NCBI RefSeq assembly: GCF_001194135.2
Contig: NC_068983.1
Span: forward strand, 61,429,920 to 61,493,919
Source of the DNA: Octopus bimaculoides
Taxonomy: Eukaryota
Direction of reading: 5' to 3'
DNA: 64,000 nucleotides
Shown one piece after another: positions 1 to 13,884 of this stretch. A model generated the notes under the pieces. The model was not told where the DNA came from. It saw only the letters and a program-made list of their open reading frames with translations, and searched no databases. The translations under genes were made by a program, and so were the position numbers. Numbering within the stretch: position 1 is the first letter of the stretch; each line of letters opens with the position of its first letter.

Positions 1-870
1 ATATAGTATTTCTGAGGAATTACTTCAATGTCTTTATTGTTATTTTTTACTATTCAATGTTCTATCACACTGATTTATTTAAACTAAAAAATGTTTTTGT
101 GCAAACTATTAATAAAGTAAAACATAAAACAATAAAGAATATTTATTTGAAAAACAAACAAACAAAAACTCAGAATCATTCTTACAAATATTTGACTGAT
201 TATATCAACCCAACAGTGAAAATGTATATACTTCTGCATACACATGGAACAAAATAAATTGGACTGTTTTGTTTTAGTTTTGTGGAGAATTTAAAGTAAA
301 AGATTTGTTATTCTGGGTTTTGTGTAAATCATGACTAACAAAAAAATAAAAAATAAAAAAAAATAAACTCTAACATTTTCATTTCAAGAAGATTGGAAAT
401 TCTGGGAGCTATTGATATTTTGGAAGAAAAAAAAAAAGAAATTGCTATAATCCTAAGACAGCTGATTAGAGCATAATTTGCTATTTTTTCATTATAAGTT
501 TAATGTATTTTTTTCATTTGTGCCCATTCCTCATATTTATGTTTGCTAACAAACACACCCATATATTCTCACATTTATTTTGTCTATAACTGGTGTAACC
601 CTCTTTTTTTTTACTCTTTTCTTTCTTTTTTCTTGTTTCACCTATTGCTTTCTTCTTTGATTTCTTCCATTCCCAGCTAGCCACTTCCTACTTCTTTTGT
701 GATCAGTGATCTTTCTTTTATATTTCAGATCCTCTAGCAAGCACATATATTCTTCTTTCAGCTATTATTTGCTCAAGGACTTTGCCCATCATTTGTTATG
801 CATTTTGTTTCTCTTTTGCATTGCACTTGTACTATTGCTTTGTGTCCATTTGTTTTGTTATATTTGCATA

Positions 871-1241
871 CTCTTTTATTCTTTTATTTTGTTTCAGTTT
901 TTTTGACTGTGGCCATGCTGGAGCACCGCCTTTTAGTCGAGCAAATCGACCCCAGGACTTATTCTTTAGAAGCCTAGTACTTATTCTATCGATCTCTTTT
1001 GCCGAACCGCTAAGTTACGGGACATAAACACACCAGCATCGGTTGTCAAGCGATGTTGGGGGGACAAACACACACACACACACATACATACACACACACA
1101 TACATATATACGACGGGCTTCTTTCAGTTTCCGTCTACCAAATCCATTCACAAGGCTTTGGTCAGCCCGAGGCTATAGTAGAAGACACTTGCCCAAGATG
1201 CCACGCAGTGGGACTGAACCCGGGACCATGTGGTTGGTAAG
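871..1241 (-). mobile_element. SINE-A, near full length (tRNA-derived head with B box, CORE-like segment, central (TG/TA)n, tandem-repeat 3' tail)
   Basis: Reverse complement reads ggttcagtcccactgcgtggcatcttgggcaagtgtcttctactatagcc (B box plus MIR/CORE-like 'cttgggcaagt'). Nearly identical to the copy at 34645-35062. Confidence 0.9.
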
Positions 1242-1399
1242 CTCTATCATAAAACATCTATATTTTATTTAATTTCATTATAAGAATACTATTATGAAGC
1301 TACATTTTTCTATTTTTGTCCCACTTACTAGTCTTAACTAAACATTCATTTCTCATGTTATCTAGTTTCCAGTTACTAGGATTCAACTGTCTGTTTTTG

Positions 1400-1600
1400 T
1401 ACCTTGTCTCCATTATATCCATTGATTAACAATCATATCCAATGGCTGTTGACTTTTCTAGGGTATGCAGTTCTGTCTAAGGTGTCAACTGCTACAATCC
1501 TGAGTGAGACAGCTGATGAAGACTTAGTTTTCACTAAATGCAAGCATCTGGATAAATTTCTGTTATCAAACTGGAAAACACCAACCTCCCTCTATTAAGC
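1400..1600 (+). pseudogene. Possible heavily decayed CR1/L2-type RT fragment
   Basis: KVSTATIL...DLVFTKCKHLDK loosely resembles the RT 'STAT.L...D.VFLDF.KAFDK' segment. Weak match. Confidence 0.3.
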
Positions 1601-3094
1601 ATGCAGCTTTACAGACTTTAACTGTTCTCTGTCAAGTTAACTACATCAACCATTATTAATTCCCATTCTAATGAACCCAATGGACACAACTCATATCTAT
1701 TCTTTCCATGCTCATTTTCTTGTTCCATTTTTCATTTACTTTTTTCTTCTAAATTCTTTCTCATTTTGCTAGAGAGTAGCTATGTTGTATTTTGAGCCTG
1801 GATGATTGCCCAGTAATACATGGCATGCTAAATTCTGTGTATAATAAATCACACACACACACAAGCTAGGGCTTGTGGCATAATGGATAATGTGTCCAAC
1901 TGTGGATCAGTATATAGGTAATAATAGATTACCAATGCATACATCGCAAATTTGAAACACAAACATAAATTGGTATGAAATATATTTCTATCTGAATGAA
2001 GTAAGAACCTTGAACCACAGGCTGGAGCAAGTGAAGATGAGGAGGCACTTTGAACCCCTAGCAGTATTCATCACTGTTGGATTGATGCTATCTGATGATG
2101 ATGATGATGATGACGACGATGATGATGATGTCTTGTGTATATTGTTATATAGACTGTTAATCAAAACAAAACAACTTACTTTTGAAGTTTTCTGTTCCTC
2201 ACTGCTTTCACAACAGATTACACCAAGTAATTTTTCAGTTGTAAGTTGTAAGTTTTAATTATATTATAACGTACTGCCACTGAGGAGTAGAAAGTGGATT
2301 TAAGTGATATCTGGTTCTGTTTTGAGCAAAAGAAAATGATAAATAAATTGTACATGCTGTTAAACATAGTAATGACTGTATTTACATGAAGATAAATCAG
2401 CTGACAGTTGGATAGAAAGTTTCTAGCAAAGTATTATGTTCGTGATTTAAAGGTGGCACATTTTGTAAATGAAATAGAAAAAAGGAAAACATTTAATTTT
2501 CTCTTTAAATGTTGGTACTTAGCATGGATTGTCAATATAGTAGCTCTCAAAAGTTACTTAAGAATCATATAAAACAGCACATAAAATACTGTTAAATTGA
2601 CTCTTTCAAGTGTCACAGAGTTAACCGTTTTACTGTGGAAGTCAAATATATCCACTCAAAATTTCATTACCCTTAACTGTGGAAGCAGTTTTATATACAT
2701 ATCTGTCTTTTGTTGAGAAATGTCATGTTTGAAACTATTTTTTGTTGAGATGTCAAGTTTTCTGCAAGATGACTTGCAGAAAATACTAATTCCATTTTTG
2801 ATAGATATTTAACAGCATTACTGGAATAAACATGAAATTAAATTTTGCACTGAAAGGATAAAAGAATCCTGATGATCAACATACAGAACACAGTTTTGAG
2901 TTAGTTTGGTTTTATTTCATGTTATTAATGTTCTAAGACAAAAAAAAAAAAAAAAAAAAAATCGAAAAAATGAAGGCCACAATCTCATTTTTCTTTTTCA
3001 ATAAACTGATAAAAGCATATGGAAATTAATTATAACTTTGTTGTTTACATATTTTCTAATTTGTTAGTCAGAAGTAGAAGGTATATTTTCAAGC

Positions 3095-3500
3095 CCCACT
3101 TAACTGGAGGTCAAGGATGACTGAGTAAATTTAAAATGGTTAATGTTCAGCTTGAACTCTCATAGATTTTATGGAGGAAAACATGAAATGAGTGGGAGGG
3201 AATTTTACAGTGTGGTAGTTTTGGAGAAAATGGATTTCGTATTATATTAAATGAAGGACTTAGTTTTGAGGCTGAGTCATACTCCAGGCAACCAAAGGAG
3301 AAGTATGAATAGTGAACATATCTAAGTGAAGTTAGTACATAATTGGAAAATTTAGTGTAGTATAGACTATTTTCATGTGAGAAGAGTCTGTGGGGAAAAC
3401 ACAGCTTGATGGTGGGTAAATGTTTGATGAGTTTTGGTGATTAATATTTTGCTAATCAGATGAAGGGTATTTCTTCTAAAGTTTAATGCAGCTGCATGAA
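3095..3500 (-). pseudogene. Decayed CR1/L2-clade LINE ORF2 C-terminus
   Basis: Minus strand translates KSIFSKTTTL*NSLPLISCFPP*NL*EFKLNINH, resembling the 'SFFPRT..LWNSLP..VFP..YNL..FK..IN' C-terminal motif. Confidence 0.55.
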
Positions 3501-5269
3501 TAGTGTAGAGTATATTTGTACTTTGTATATATTATTAGTTACAGCTGAATGTTAATTACTTTCTGGCCTTGAAAAGGAATTTCAATAATTGAAACCCAAT
3601 CTTGGTTATATGAAAGATCATTAAAGATTCTGTCATGTTGTTGTAACTGTACAATATGATGTTTATTTAATGGCAACCCTTGTTTGTTGATGACATCATG
3701 GTGATTAGCATAATCATTCTAGTAACTACTTACTAAAATCCATTAATATAAACCAACAGTAAAGGATTTATCCTTGTAAAACTGTAGCCATATGTTATCC
3801 TGTACCTCCAGAAGTCTTATTCAAATAACTATGCAAGCATTCTGATATTAAACTGGTAGTCATGTTAATTATGTAACCATCAAGCCGAGTCACAAGATAT
3901 GATAAGCATGTTCAAAGCATGCAATGCTACAATATTATTTGCATAATAGTAATATCACCAGCAAATGAATTGTTTTAACCCCTTTCTTTATTTGAGAACT
4001 ATAACTAATATCATTTACAATGTTTGTTCCTGTCTCAATTATCCAATTATAATTTTCATTAAGAACCTGAAATTTTGCTCAAAGCTTGAGTGAGTGATTC
4101 TGTCTGTTTCCTATTAATATTTGTATTGTTTATTTGACTTACATGAACTAATATAATCTGTTCACCCTCAATAATCTATAGCTGTTCATCCAGATCAATT
4201 GCTTTAATTATTTTGAAATTTTTTTTTCAATATACCCAAAGAATATTATCCTTCAGAGTTTCAAATTTTGTATTTTCATGTTTTATAACATCACTTTCTA
4301 CCAGATAGATGAAAAACAAAAAAATCATCTTCTTCATCGTCGTCGTTATCATCGTCATCGTCATCCTCCTCATCATCATCGTATTTATCCAAACCAACAT
4401 TATTAATAAATTCAAGTTGAGATTATATATTGTATGATATTTTTAGATCTTTTTATTTCAGATTTCATAATCAAATGCTGTTATATATTATTCTTATCAT
4501 GTAATACATGAAGATATTACTCTCAGTAACCCACAATTGCTGTTAAAAATAGAGGAGGTTCATCATTTCTTCTGCATTGATACCAAACAACAAGAACTGC
4601 AGCTTCATTAGATACTTTTAATAGTGATAAGCATTTGTCTACCCATCAAAGCAGATGAATTAAGAAGTCTGCTTGAATGAGGGACTGTTCTATAGTTCAA
4701 AAGCATGCAGCTCAAAATTTACTAGGTGAATATGCTTTCAATCCTATTTTAATACCAGTCATCTTTTTTCAGCAATTCCATTTCAAACAGAATGATATGG
4801 CAGTGCTTACATTCAATTTAAGTCCTTTACATGAGTTATAACTATGAAATTCATAGGTATTGTGAGACACCCCTGTTTATGAAATATTGTTTCTGAAAAA
4901 CACAAGCTCTTAATATATACCTAACCCTTTCTCCTTCTTTCTTCATCACTTTTGTTATTTTTAGTCACTCAGAGAGTGCATCAACAATTATTAGGAACAA
5001 TCCTGATACTCTATCACCCCTGTTTTTATTGTTTTTCAGCTCCATCAGATTGCTCCTACTTTCTCTTCTATAATGTGAATAATCTTCTTGTAACTCCTCT
5101 CCACTAAGAAACCTGTTCTGTTTCTGGCCCTTTCTCTAATGCTTTTTACTCCTCTCTACTTCTCATCTCCTGGCTTAAATTTCCCTGTAAAGTTGGTGTT
5201 AGTAGTCTTGCAAGCTGCTTAGTGACTTCACTAGGATGGTAGGTAGAGGAATAGAAAGACATCCGGAAC

Positions 5270-5420
5270 AAGTTGTAAAGAGGTTGGTGTTAAGAAAGGC
5301 ATCCAGCCATAGAAACCATGCCAAAGCAGACACTGGAGCATGATACAGTCCTTGGATTCATCTGATTCTATCAAACTGTCCAAATCATCCTAGCATGGAA
5401 TGTTGGACACTAAATATTGA
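5270..5420 (+). mobile_element. RTE-type 3' tail fragment (SINE or LINE end)
   Basis: aaggcatccagccatagaaaccatgccaaagcagac...tcaaactgtccaaatcatcctagcatggaa matches the tail shared by the RTE copies at 15357 and 36880. Confidence 0.75.
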
Positions 5421-5544
5421 TAATTAATCTTAAATTTTTGACATGTACATTATTCATATGCATGTGTAGCCATGTTTTAATGCCTTCAGATTATGTGTAT
5501 GAGACAACTTTTGTTTTACATTATTTATAATGGATGGATAGGTG

Positions 5545-5990
5545 TCCTCATCTTGTTTGTTGTTATCACAATGTTTCAGTTGATGTACTCCAGCCTTCAT
5601 CAGGTGTTCTGGTGGAGTTTTGAACTCAAGTCATAGAAGAGAATATGACCAAAAACTGTGTGTACTCTATCCCATGCAGTTGTGGTAAGTTATACAAAAG
5701 TGAAACATGCCACCCCCTTAAAGTAAGGGTAGAGGAACATTGTAAAGCTGTGACATGAGGGGATGTTGAAAAATCTGGTATAGCCAATCATGTATGGAAA
5801 AATAGAGACCACCTCCTGTTGTGGGATGAAGTTGAAATAATCGACGGAGAACACCACTAGAAAATATGAAAACTGACAGAGGCTGCACATGTGCAAGGAC
5901 ACAATAACCTCCTAAGCAGACCCAGTGCAGATGCGAATGTAATATGGGAAACAGTATTAAGAAAAGATGAAATACTTGGTTTATAAGCCC
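5545..5990 (+). mobile_element. Penelope-like element fragment: GIY-YIG endonuclease pseudogene (5645-5986) preceded by an inverted pLTR
   Basis: MTKNCVYSIPCSCGKLYKSETCHPLKVRVEEHCKAVT*GDVEKSGIANHVWKNRDH...KLTEAAHVQGHNNLLSRPS is a PLE GIY-YIG pattern with in-frame stops. An antisense CTGATGA...GAAAC pLTR motif lies at 5565-5608. Confidence 0.9.
5565..5608 (-). ncRNA. Decayed minimal type-I hammerhead ribozyme of a Penelope pLTR
   Basis: Minus strand: aacac CTGATGA A GGCTG gagtacat CAACT GAAAC ATT gtgat. Stem I pairs 4/5, stem II is partly broken and stem III ACGT has become ACAT. Probably inactive. Confidence 0.6.
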
Positions 5991-6039
5991 TAAAATTCAC
6001 ACTATAATTGCCCACGGGTGTATAGCATAATGGATAAGA

Positions 6040-6395
6040 GCACGGGCTACTAACTGCCAGATATTTTGAGCATCTCTGCAGTAATTCCTGATGGGCCAGG
6101 GGCTTTCACTCTCTTCATACTCTTGATCACTTTATTTACCAAAGTACTGTCAATCAGGATAGTTGGTTCCTCTGTTGGGTTGATGTGCGGCAGACTCTCT
6201 TCCTCCCATTCATTCTCTTTATTAAGCAACCTTTCATAGTGGCATCTCCAAACCTCTCTCTTTGCAGCTTCATTTAGTGCACGTGAGCCATCATCCATGT
6301 GGACACATTTCTCTCCTACAACATCACGATTCTCTCTCACACACTGTCTTGCAACACGAAATACTTCAAGTCTTTGGTCCTCCTGGCATAATAAT
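6040..6395 (-). pseudogene. RTE LINE ORF fragment (linker to RT N-terminus)
   Basis: ORF 6050-6340 reads ...WRCHYERLLNKENEWEEESLP...KSMKRVKAPGPSGITAEMLKISG. Same family as 63767-64000. Confidence 0.92.
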
Positions 6396-6780
6396 GTACA
6401 TAATTCCTCATCTCAAAAATATAGAATAGTATTAACTTTTGCTTTACCTTAGCACACATTGGACATCTTGCATATTGCTCCACATATTGGTTCCTTGTTG
6501 AACTACAATGTATGTCATCATGTTTAGTTCTTATTGTAAATGTCTCAAGTTGGTGGAAAACAATTAACTCTTCAATTGCAACATGTTATCTTCAGCTGTT
6601 AAGTTATTTTTCAATGACTTAGACAGTCTTTCAACAATAGAATTGCTCGAATTACTATCAAAAACCCTTTTTAATATTCCAGATAAAATATAACTGTTTG
6701 TAATCACCGGTTTTGTATTTTCATTTTTTTATATAGCAACAGTTTCTACAAAACACATGAAAAAAAAATCACCACACTCC

Positions 6781-6829
6781 CACGACAACGACGACGACCA
6801 CCACCACCACATCATCTCCATCTCCATCA

Positions 6830-6861
<32 letters not shown>

Positions 6862-6878
6862 AACAACAACAACAACAA
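6781..6878. repeat. Compound trinucleotide microsatellite (GAC/CAC/CAT/CGT/CAA)
   Basis: Five successive triplet units are visible directly. Confidence 0.9.
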
Positions 6879-9309
6879 AAATCTCTTTTATCTTTTCAGA
6901 CTGAATGAGACAAGATGAAGCAAATACAAAGACTAACTACATTTTAACAAATGTTCAATGAGAATAGATTTCAAAGATTTTGATTTACTTTAGCCATAGT
7001 AGTTGGTTGATTATAAACAAATTAATTATTCATTATTGCAGTATTTTCGTTAATAAACATACCAAATAAAAGATTAAGGTTATTCATATCAATAATATAA
7101 ATAGCAAATCTCATAGTTATAAAAGTCTTTATTTAAAACATCATTAGTAGATTTATTCAATAACAATCTGAATGTTTCAATATTTAGACACCTGCTTCAC
7201 TCCTTCAGCCAAAATGAATGGACTCAGTTCTATAAATATTGAATACTGTATGAAGATCGTTGCAACCAAATCAAAAGGTTTTGTATGAAATTAAATACTT
7301 GAAATTTCATTTTTCCTGTATGTCATATGCTGTAAACCATAAAAGTGAACCATATGTTTTGATAATATATACATTCAGAATATTGCTTGCTCCATCAAAC
7401 AAACGACAACATGCTGCCAAAGTACTGAAGAGCTCTGATATGCCAATACAAGCCTATCAAATGCCTTAATACTCACTTTTGCATTACTTTTTATACAACC
7501 TTCGTTACTTCCAATTGTGATAAGGCATCAAACATGTGATATTTCAGGTCTTTTTGCATTTGATATTTCATAATCGAAAGCTATTATTTGCAATGTCTAT
7601 CTTATAATACTTTCAGTAATGTAAAATTGTTGCTAACATTACCTTCTAGTGGCTTATAATCTGAGGTCAGTTTAATTTTTTATCTGAGTAGAAAATGCTT
7701 TCCAAGTGCACCATACAATTGCCTAGGCTTCCTTTAAATACTGGAATATTTGTGGTTCAGTTGTACATAAATATAATACAGGATAGTTATCTTGTGAAAA
7801 TATTCTAGATATAGTCACTTCTCTAAATATTTAAGCAAACAGAAAATGAAAGTCTTTGCATTATTAATTAATTAATCTTAATATGGTACATTGAATCCAG
7901 TAGGTACATGTTGAAGTCAATAATGTTGTTGCACAGGATGTATATATCTGAGTAAAGTAGTTACATAAATTTCTTTACCTGTAAAGGCCTTATTCAATTG
8001 AATATCTAAACTTTAACATCATACTGGTAGCTATATTAAATAGTTTCAATTACACGATTTTAAGCTGAGTTCAAGATATAGTAAGCATGTAAAATGTACA
8101 CATTGTTACAACATGAAGATATTACTATCACAGAGTGCAAAGCCTAGATCAGGAAGGCATATATTGATTTTTGTTGAATGTTGTTTATGACAATGGGTTC
8201 TGTTTTGCAGAGGTGTATACTCATGGTATTGTTGTTCTGTTGAATGATTCCAAACTATCAAGAATCATTTATAAGGACTGTATCTTGTGTAGTGGAAAAG
8301 GATGAGGTTGTGCATGTTTAGATGTTATAAGAAGTAGATTGTTCATGTTGAGAGAGAAGAGTTGAAGAAAAATAACCAAGTTATACATATCTCCAAAGTT
8401 ATTAAACAAGGATCAGAAAGTGCCTCTCAGCAACAAATGATGAAACATTCTGAGAGGAAGGTTCCAGTCTACAGCTGAACAGTTTTGTCAGAAGCATCTC
8501 ATATCACACATGATGAAAGCCTTTGGCGATGTTAAAACTAACAGTTTTACTTTTGCTGAAGTGTTTTTGTAAGAAACAGACACTGATGACTGATATAAGA
8601 TCTTTTCTCATTTGCGTGTGATTACTGTAAATGAGAAGAGATATAATGAAGATAATTCTTGGAAAGTGCTTTCTTAATGACAACCTGTAACACTCATATA
8701 TATTTACAATGTCTGTTAATGTGTCTATATGTCTACAGATATATGCATGTGTATATGTAGGTGTATACATATACATATCTGTGTGTATGTGTGTAAGCCA
8801 AAAGTAAAATGGCAATGCAAGATGTTATACTATTAGCTCGGAATTCATATCCGTGGCATATATTTTGATAACTCTCTACAAGATATTTAATTTTCTCTCA
8901 GATCACCTTAGAAAAACATTACCTGGTACTTGGAAAATATCATCTAAATGAAACTGAACTGATAATATATATGATAGCTAAATATTCAGTTATTGAGATT
9001 TTGATGTCAGCTTTACCTTTCATATCTCAAGAATCAATAAAATAAGTACCACTAATATATTAGGTTGAATTTAGTAGATTATATTCTTCCCACTAAAAAT
9101 AATATGTACATGCTGAGTGAAACTACCCAGATCAACCGCTATGTTACCTTACCTTTCAAAACGTAGCCTTGTACCCAATCAAAAAGAAATCTTTATTACT
9201 TTCAAGTGACTGGCATTCTATGCAGTGAATGATTCATCTCTCATTTGCTTAGAAATATACAACATCTAGCAAGACATAAGTTTCAAATACCTAAAAGGCT
9301 ATTGGAGAT

Positions 9310-9505
9310 ATTCACCAGGTGAAATGCTTAATGGTATTTCATCTGCAGCTATGTTTTGAGTTCAAATTCTGCTGATGTTGACTTTGCTTTTCATCCTTTC
9401 AGGGTTGATAAATTAAGTACCATTCAAGTGCTGGGGTCGATGTAGTTGACTATCCCCCTCCCCACAAATTCCAGGCCTTGTGTCTATAATATAAAAGATT
9501 ATTAT
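9310..9505 (+). mobile_element. SINE-B (Meta-domain-like tRNA SINE)
   Basis: gagttcaaattc B box followed by gttgactttgcttttcatcctttcagggttgataaattaagtacc...ggggtcgatgtagttgacta. Confidence 0.85.
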
Positions 9506-9527
9506 TTGAAATCATGATTATATAGAT

Positions 9528-9775
9528 CAGGGGTTCTCAGCCATTTTTTGCCTGTTAACCTCTTTGATTCCTATTTTGCTCTACTGGACCTGCATAGACA
9601 TTCATTAGATACATAAAAAAAATATTGCTGTATTTTTATACCTAAATATTATTAATATTATTAGGAATTGTATAAAAGAAATTAAAGTATTTTGAGTATT
9701 GTGCAAGTATAACCAATTTATTGCACATAAATTTTAACAACAAAATTTTATATGGATCCTGGCTGAAAAGCTCTG
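9528..9775. mobile_element. hAT (Charlie-like) MITE, 248 bp
   Basis: TIRs caggggttctcagcc / ggctgaaaagctctg (12/15 match). 8-bp TSD atatagat (9520-9527) / atgtagat (9776-9783). Confidence 0.85.
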
Positions 9776-10824
9776 ATGTAGATAAAGTATGACAAGCTTC
9801 AGATATTGCTTCACCTATATATTTCATATTGCTGCTCATGATTTAAAAAGAAATTATGAGTGGTGATCAAAAGTTTATTTTCCTGATAAATCTGAGCTAC
9901 TTTCTTCTTTTTTTTTTTCTGCTTAAATAAAAAATTGGTAGCTGCTGTCAAGTTGAGATGATCTTCTGGTCATTTAGATTTATGATTGTAATTGTTTCAC
10001 ATCATTTATGTTTCAAATATATCTTTGAAGAATATTATATAGCTTCATTTCCTTATTTCTTGTAGCAAGTCTATATAATGATTTGAACTCTAGACCTATT
10101 GTTTTCGATCAGAAATTTATTTGTAAACAACTCTATCAGTGAAGCATAATAGCAGGGTCTGCTATTATGACTATCAAAATGCTGCACTTTAGAAGGAACT
10201 CTCTACACTACCACTAGCACACTCATTACTTTTGCAGGAATATTTTTGCTTCTCTCTTAATGCATATACTACTACTATGAATAGAAACCCCTGGATGTTA
10301 CTTTGTTAATTTTCTTTGGACCATTGCATCTGATAAATGTTCTTAACAATAAACAGATGGTGAATCAAAAATGAATGACTGCTCTTCTAAATCATCCTAT
10401 TCATCTTACTGTTAATCCCTTTCTTTAAAAAAACTCTAATGTTTTTGGTGTGTGTAAGAGGCAAACATGTCTCTTGACACTTTGTTATTGGACATGCTCA
10501 ACAGAAATGGATTTCACGAGATATGGTGGAAATTTTAAGGAGAATCTAAGTAGTCAGTTTTATTGAATTGTATGTTGTTGCAATAGTTGCTTAAATGTAA
10601 CGCATCTCTTACATTTATAGATTCTCCCTTAAATAGAGCAAAGTACTAAAAAATCAAACATGGATTGCTAGTCACTGCTACATCAAATGATGTTGAGGAA
10701 AAGGATGAGGAGGATGTCTAAGCTGTATATATAAAGAAATATCCACATCAAGAATTTAGAACTTATACAACTCATTAAATTTTTCAAGCAGTTCTCTTAA
10801 GTACACAAATGTGTTTTTCACATC

Positions 10825-10890
10825 ACACATTTTATTGACCCAAGAGGAATGAAAATCAAAGTTAACTCTGGTAGGATTTGAACTCAGAAT
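10825..10890 (-). mobile_element. SINE-B fragment
   Basis: ttttattgacccaagaggaatgaaaatcaaagttaactctggtaggatttgaactcagaa is the reverse complement of the family core. Confidence 0.7.
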
Positions 10891-11254
10891 ATATTGGCTT
10901 CCCTGTTGGTTTTTCAAGGAACAGCTTGTGAAGTAGGGTGGAGTCTAGTTGATTGAATATATCTAAATGTATTAGTGGTTTATATTTTATTAAATTCTAG
11001 TGGATGGGCTGAAAAGTAATATTGACCACACCAGAATCATAACCATGAGGTATCGAATTAATTATTACAGAACAAACCAGCGTGATGTTTTATGGACTGT
11101 CTTGATCATCTCCAATGTTCTATAACTGTTATAACGTTAAATGTAGATAGCTAAAGATAATATATATATTTCAGCTAAGTATATTGACTGCAGCAGACCT
11201 TCATACTCTTGGCTAAATTCTAGATCTGCAGAGATAATAAACTGTATGTGTGTG

Positions 11255-11263
11255 AGAGAGAGA

Positions 11264-11319
<56 letters not shown>

Positions 11320-11330
11320 GTGTGTGTGTA
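11255..11330. repeat. (AG)n/(TG)n microsatellite
   Basis: Directly visible. Confidence 0.95.
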
Positions 11331-11589
11331 TGTTTGGATAAATGTACAGATGCACACTACTCTCATCTATCTCCTCTTTCTCTCTCTCTTTCACGCACAC
11401 ACATGCCTGCATGCACATATTCAATAAATCTTTCACTCATATTGGTCAATAAATATAAATAAGAGCAAAAACAAGCTTGTAAGATACTCATGTAACTGTT
11501 TAAATTTGGCAATGTAAGTGTAGTGAAATATCTAGAAGTGAATCCTAAATAACCTCATAAACTTGGCTGAATAGAAGCTTTCTTTCTAC

Positions 11590-11775
11590 ATTATTGTTGT
11601 TGTTGTTGTTTAGACCCAAGTCATTCTTGATAAAGCAGATATAATGATCAGAGACATTCTGACCATGGACATTCTGACCTTTCAAGTTCTGCTTACCTAA
11701 GACTGCTTTACCAACTGAGTCTCTCACTTTTCCAGAGATTGGAGAGTAATTTAAAGGAGATTTGGTTGCTACTTC
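11590..11775 (-). mobile_element. Repeat D copy (retroposon 3' segment with (CAA)n tail on the minus strand)
   Basis: gttgttgtttagacc...gatcagagacattctgaccatg...taatttaaaggagatttggttgcta, the family's diagnostic motifs. Confidence 0.7.
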
Positions 11776-11914
11776 TTCATAATCAAACTAGCATTGTTGG
11801 TCCATTGTTGGCAACATTATAATGTTGCATTAGTTGTGTAAATAACTGTGAGATATATGTATAGCTATTGTATAGTTTAGCAGAATGAAGCAGTACAGTC
11901 TAGTTGCTTAGTAT

Positions 11915-12022
11915 AGTTCAGTGTGGAGTGCTCAGCCACTTGCGCGTTAATTTCATGAGCAGGCTATTCTGTTGATCAGATCGATTGGAACATTGTCATT
12001 GTAATCGATGGAGTGCCAGTTA
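11915..12022 (+). mobile_element. SINE-C 3' fragment
   Basis: gtggagtgctcagccacttgcgcgttaatttcatgagcaggct matches the 3' domain of 48732-49116. Confidence 0.85.
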
Positions 12023-12287
12023 AAGTTAACTATAGTTCTCAACCCTAACAAAGCAAACTTATGATCAAAACTGTTTCAGCTGTGGCTATCTCATCCCTTA
12101 TCTGATACAATGTATTTAGACCTACATTTTGCTATGCATCCACAGCTAGCTTTCGAGTTGCTGACATCTCAGGCAAGTTGAATTTTGTTACCTATAGAAG
12201 TATATTTAAAAAAAAAAAAAAGTTCACAAAGTAGCAGAGTCTACAAATATAGAAATAAAACGTTCTTTTATTCTTTATATATATAGT

Positions 12288-12747
12288 GCAGCCATGATTG
12301 TGTGGTTAAGAAGCTCACTTTTCAATCACATGGCTTCAGGTTCAGTCCCATTCTGTGGCACCTTGGGCAAAGTGTCTTCTATTATAGCCCTGGAATGACC
12401 AATGCCTTGTGAGTAGATTTGGTAGGCAGATAGATCTAATTACCGTTTCCCTACGTCTGAGTATACCTGTCCTTAAACACACTTTAAAATTAAACTTTTT
12501 TTTAATTATAGGAGGAACGCCTAGATTTCATTCTCCACATACATATTTTTCATTGGTAATGCTTTTCTGAGTATATGAATAAATGTAATTGCTTTTTCCA
12601 GATAAATTCCACTTCATATCTGAGGCTCTGATGAAGCTATAAACTGTTACTCAGGCACTCAGCTATGAGTCCACTGCATTTTATAGCAGAATCTAATGAA
12701 GTTCTTAAGATAATTGTTTATTCCTTTTCTCATTTTCTTACACACAC

Positions 12748-12806
<59 letters not shown>

Positions 12807-13020
12807 TATGTTGTATTTGTTTCCCAGCCGGCTGCTTGAAAACCAGTGTTGGTTTGTTTACATCCATATAACCGAGTAGTTCAACAAAAGAGACTGATAG
12901 ACTCAGTACCAGACTTTAAAAATAGGTACTGAGGATGATTGTTTGACGAGATCCTTCAAGGCAGTGCTGCAGTATTGTTGCAGTTCTGTGATTGAAACAA
13001 ATAAAGATGGAAGATACAAA
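12288..13020 (+). mobile_element. SINE-A split into a 5' half (12288-12430) and a 3' half (about 12800-13020) by intervening sequence
   Basis: Head ggttcagtcccattctgtggcaccttgggcaaagtgtc, and 3' half aaccagtgttggtttgtttacatcc...aaaagagactgatag, in the same orientation. Confidence 0.75.
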
Positions 13021-13884
13021 ATAAAAAGAATAGTTCAGATATAGAATCAAAGTTTCAAATTCTTTAATTGATTTAATTAAGAGGGAGACGAAAGGAGAAA
13101 AAGATAAAGGGATAGATATATACAGAAAGAGAGAAGGAGAAAGTTAGAGAGAGATCAAAGCTGTATTTGCATTACTGGCTATGATTTCAACAAATGTTGG
13201 TTCCAAATGGAAGTGGATATGTGAGGGCAAGTCCAGAGGGTACTGTTGATCTCCTATACATGTAACAGACTTTTTTCCTAATAAATTAAAGAATATGAAC
13301 AAAAGAAACAATGGTAAAAGACATGCATTATCCCAACTACTACGTTTTTCTTGTGCTTTTAGATTTGCAAATGTTTTCATAAGACTTTCTGTAACTATTG
13401 TTTTTACAGTATCATTTTTATGGACAAAATTGCAAAATACTTTAATCTGTCTTGTGTCATGGATGATCGTAAATATCTCTTTGTAAAGCTTCTCTCTCTT
13501 GTGGTCACATTTATAGGTATTCTAAGCAATATTCTTAATGCAGCTTACAGATTTAGCCTGACATCCTGTAACTTATAACTGTTGATAAATCCAATTGCAT
13601 CAATTGAATGCTATACATTTCCAGGAAATAAATTTTCTTTTTTGCAATATCTAGCAGAAGGAAGAGCTTATACCTGTTAATAACACCCACTCAATATTTT
13701 AAAACAAGCTTGACTCTATTTAAAGAATTTTCACTTATTGCTTTATTTAATTTTATTTATTATTATCATCTTTTCTGTTTCTTATTTTGAAAACCCCATG
13801 CACTTCTCATAATATACCATTTCTCACTGCATATGGCACCTCAGATGATTGCTCAAATTGCCTGTGCCTTCAGCTCCCTCTGAT

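Noticed and set aside
6885-6970. Strong-looking acceptor ttttatcttttcag
   Set aside because: All three frames hit a stop within 6 codons. It cannot be supported as a coding exon.
8335-8470. Protein-like frame EREELKKNNQVIHISKVIKQGSES
   Set aside because: Bounded by stops, with weak splice signals and no recognisable family.
12615-12670. ctctgatgaagct as a hammerhead core
   Set aside because: No downstream GAAAC, so there is too little support.
13144-13380. Minus-strand ORF with a possible acceptor before GKKSVTCIGDQQY
   Set aside because: No convincing donor or homology.
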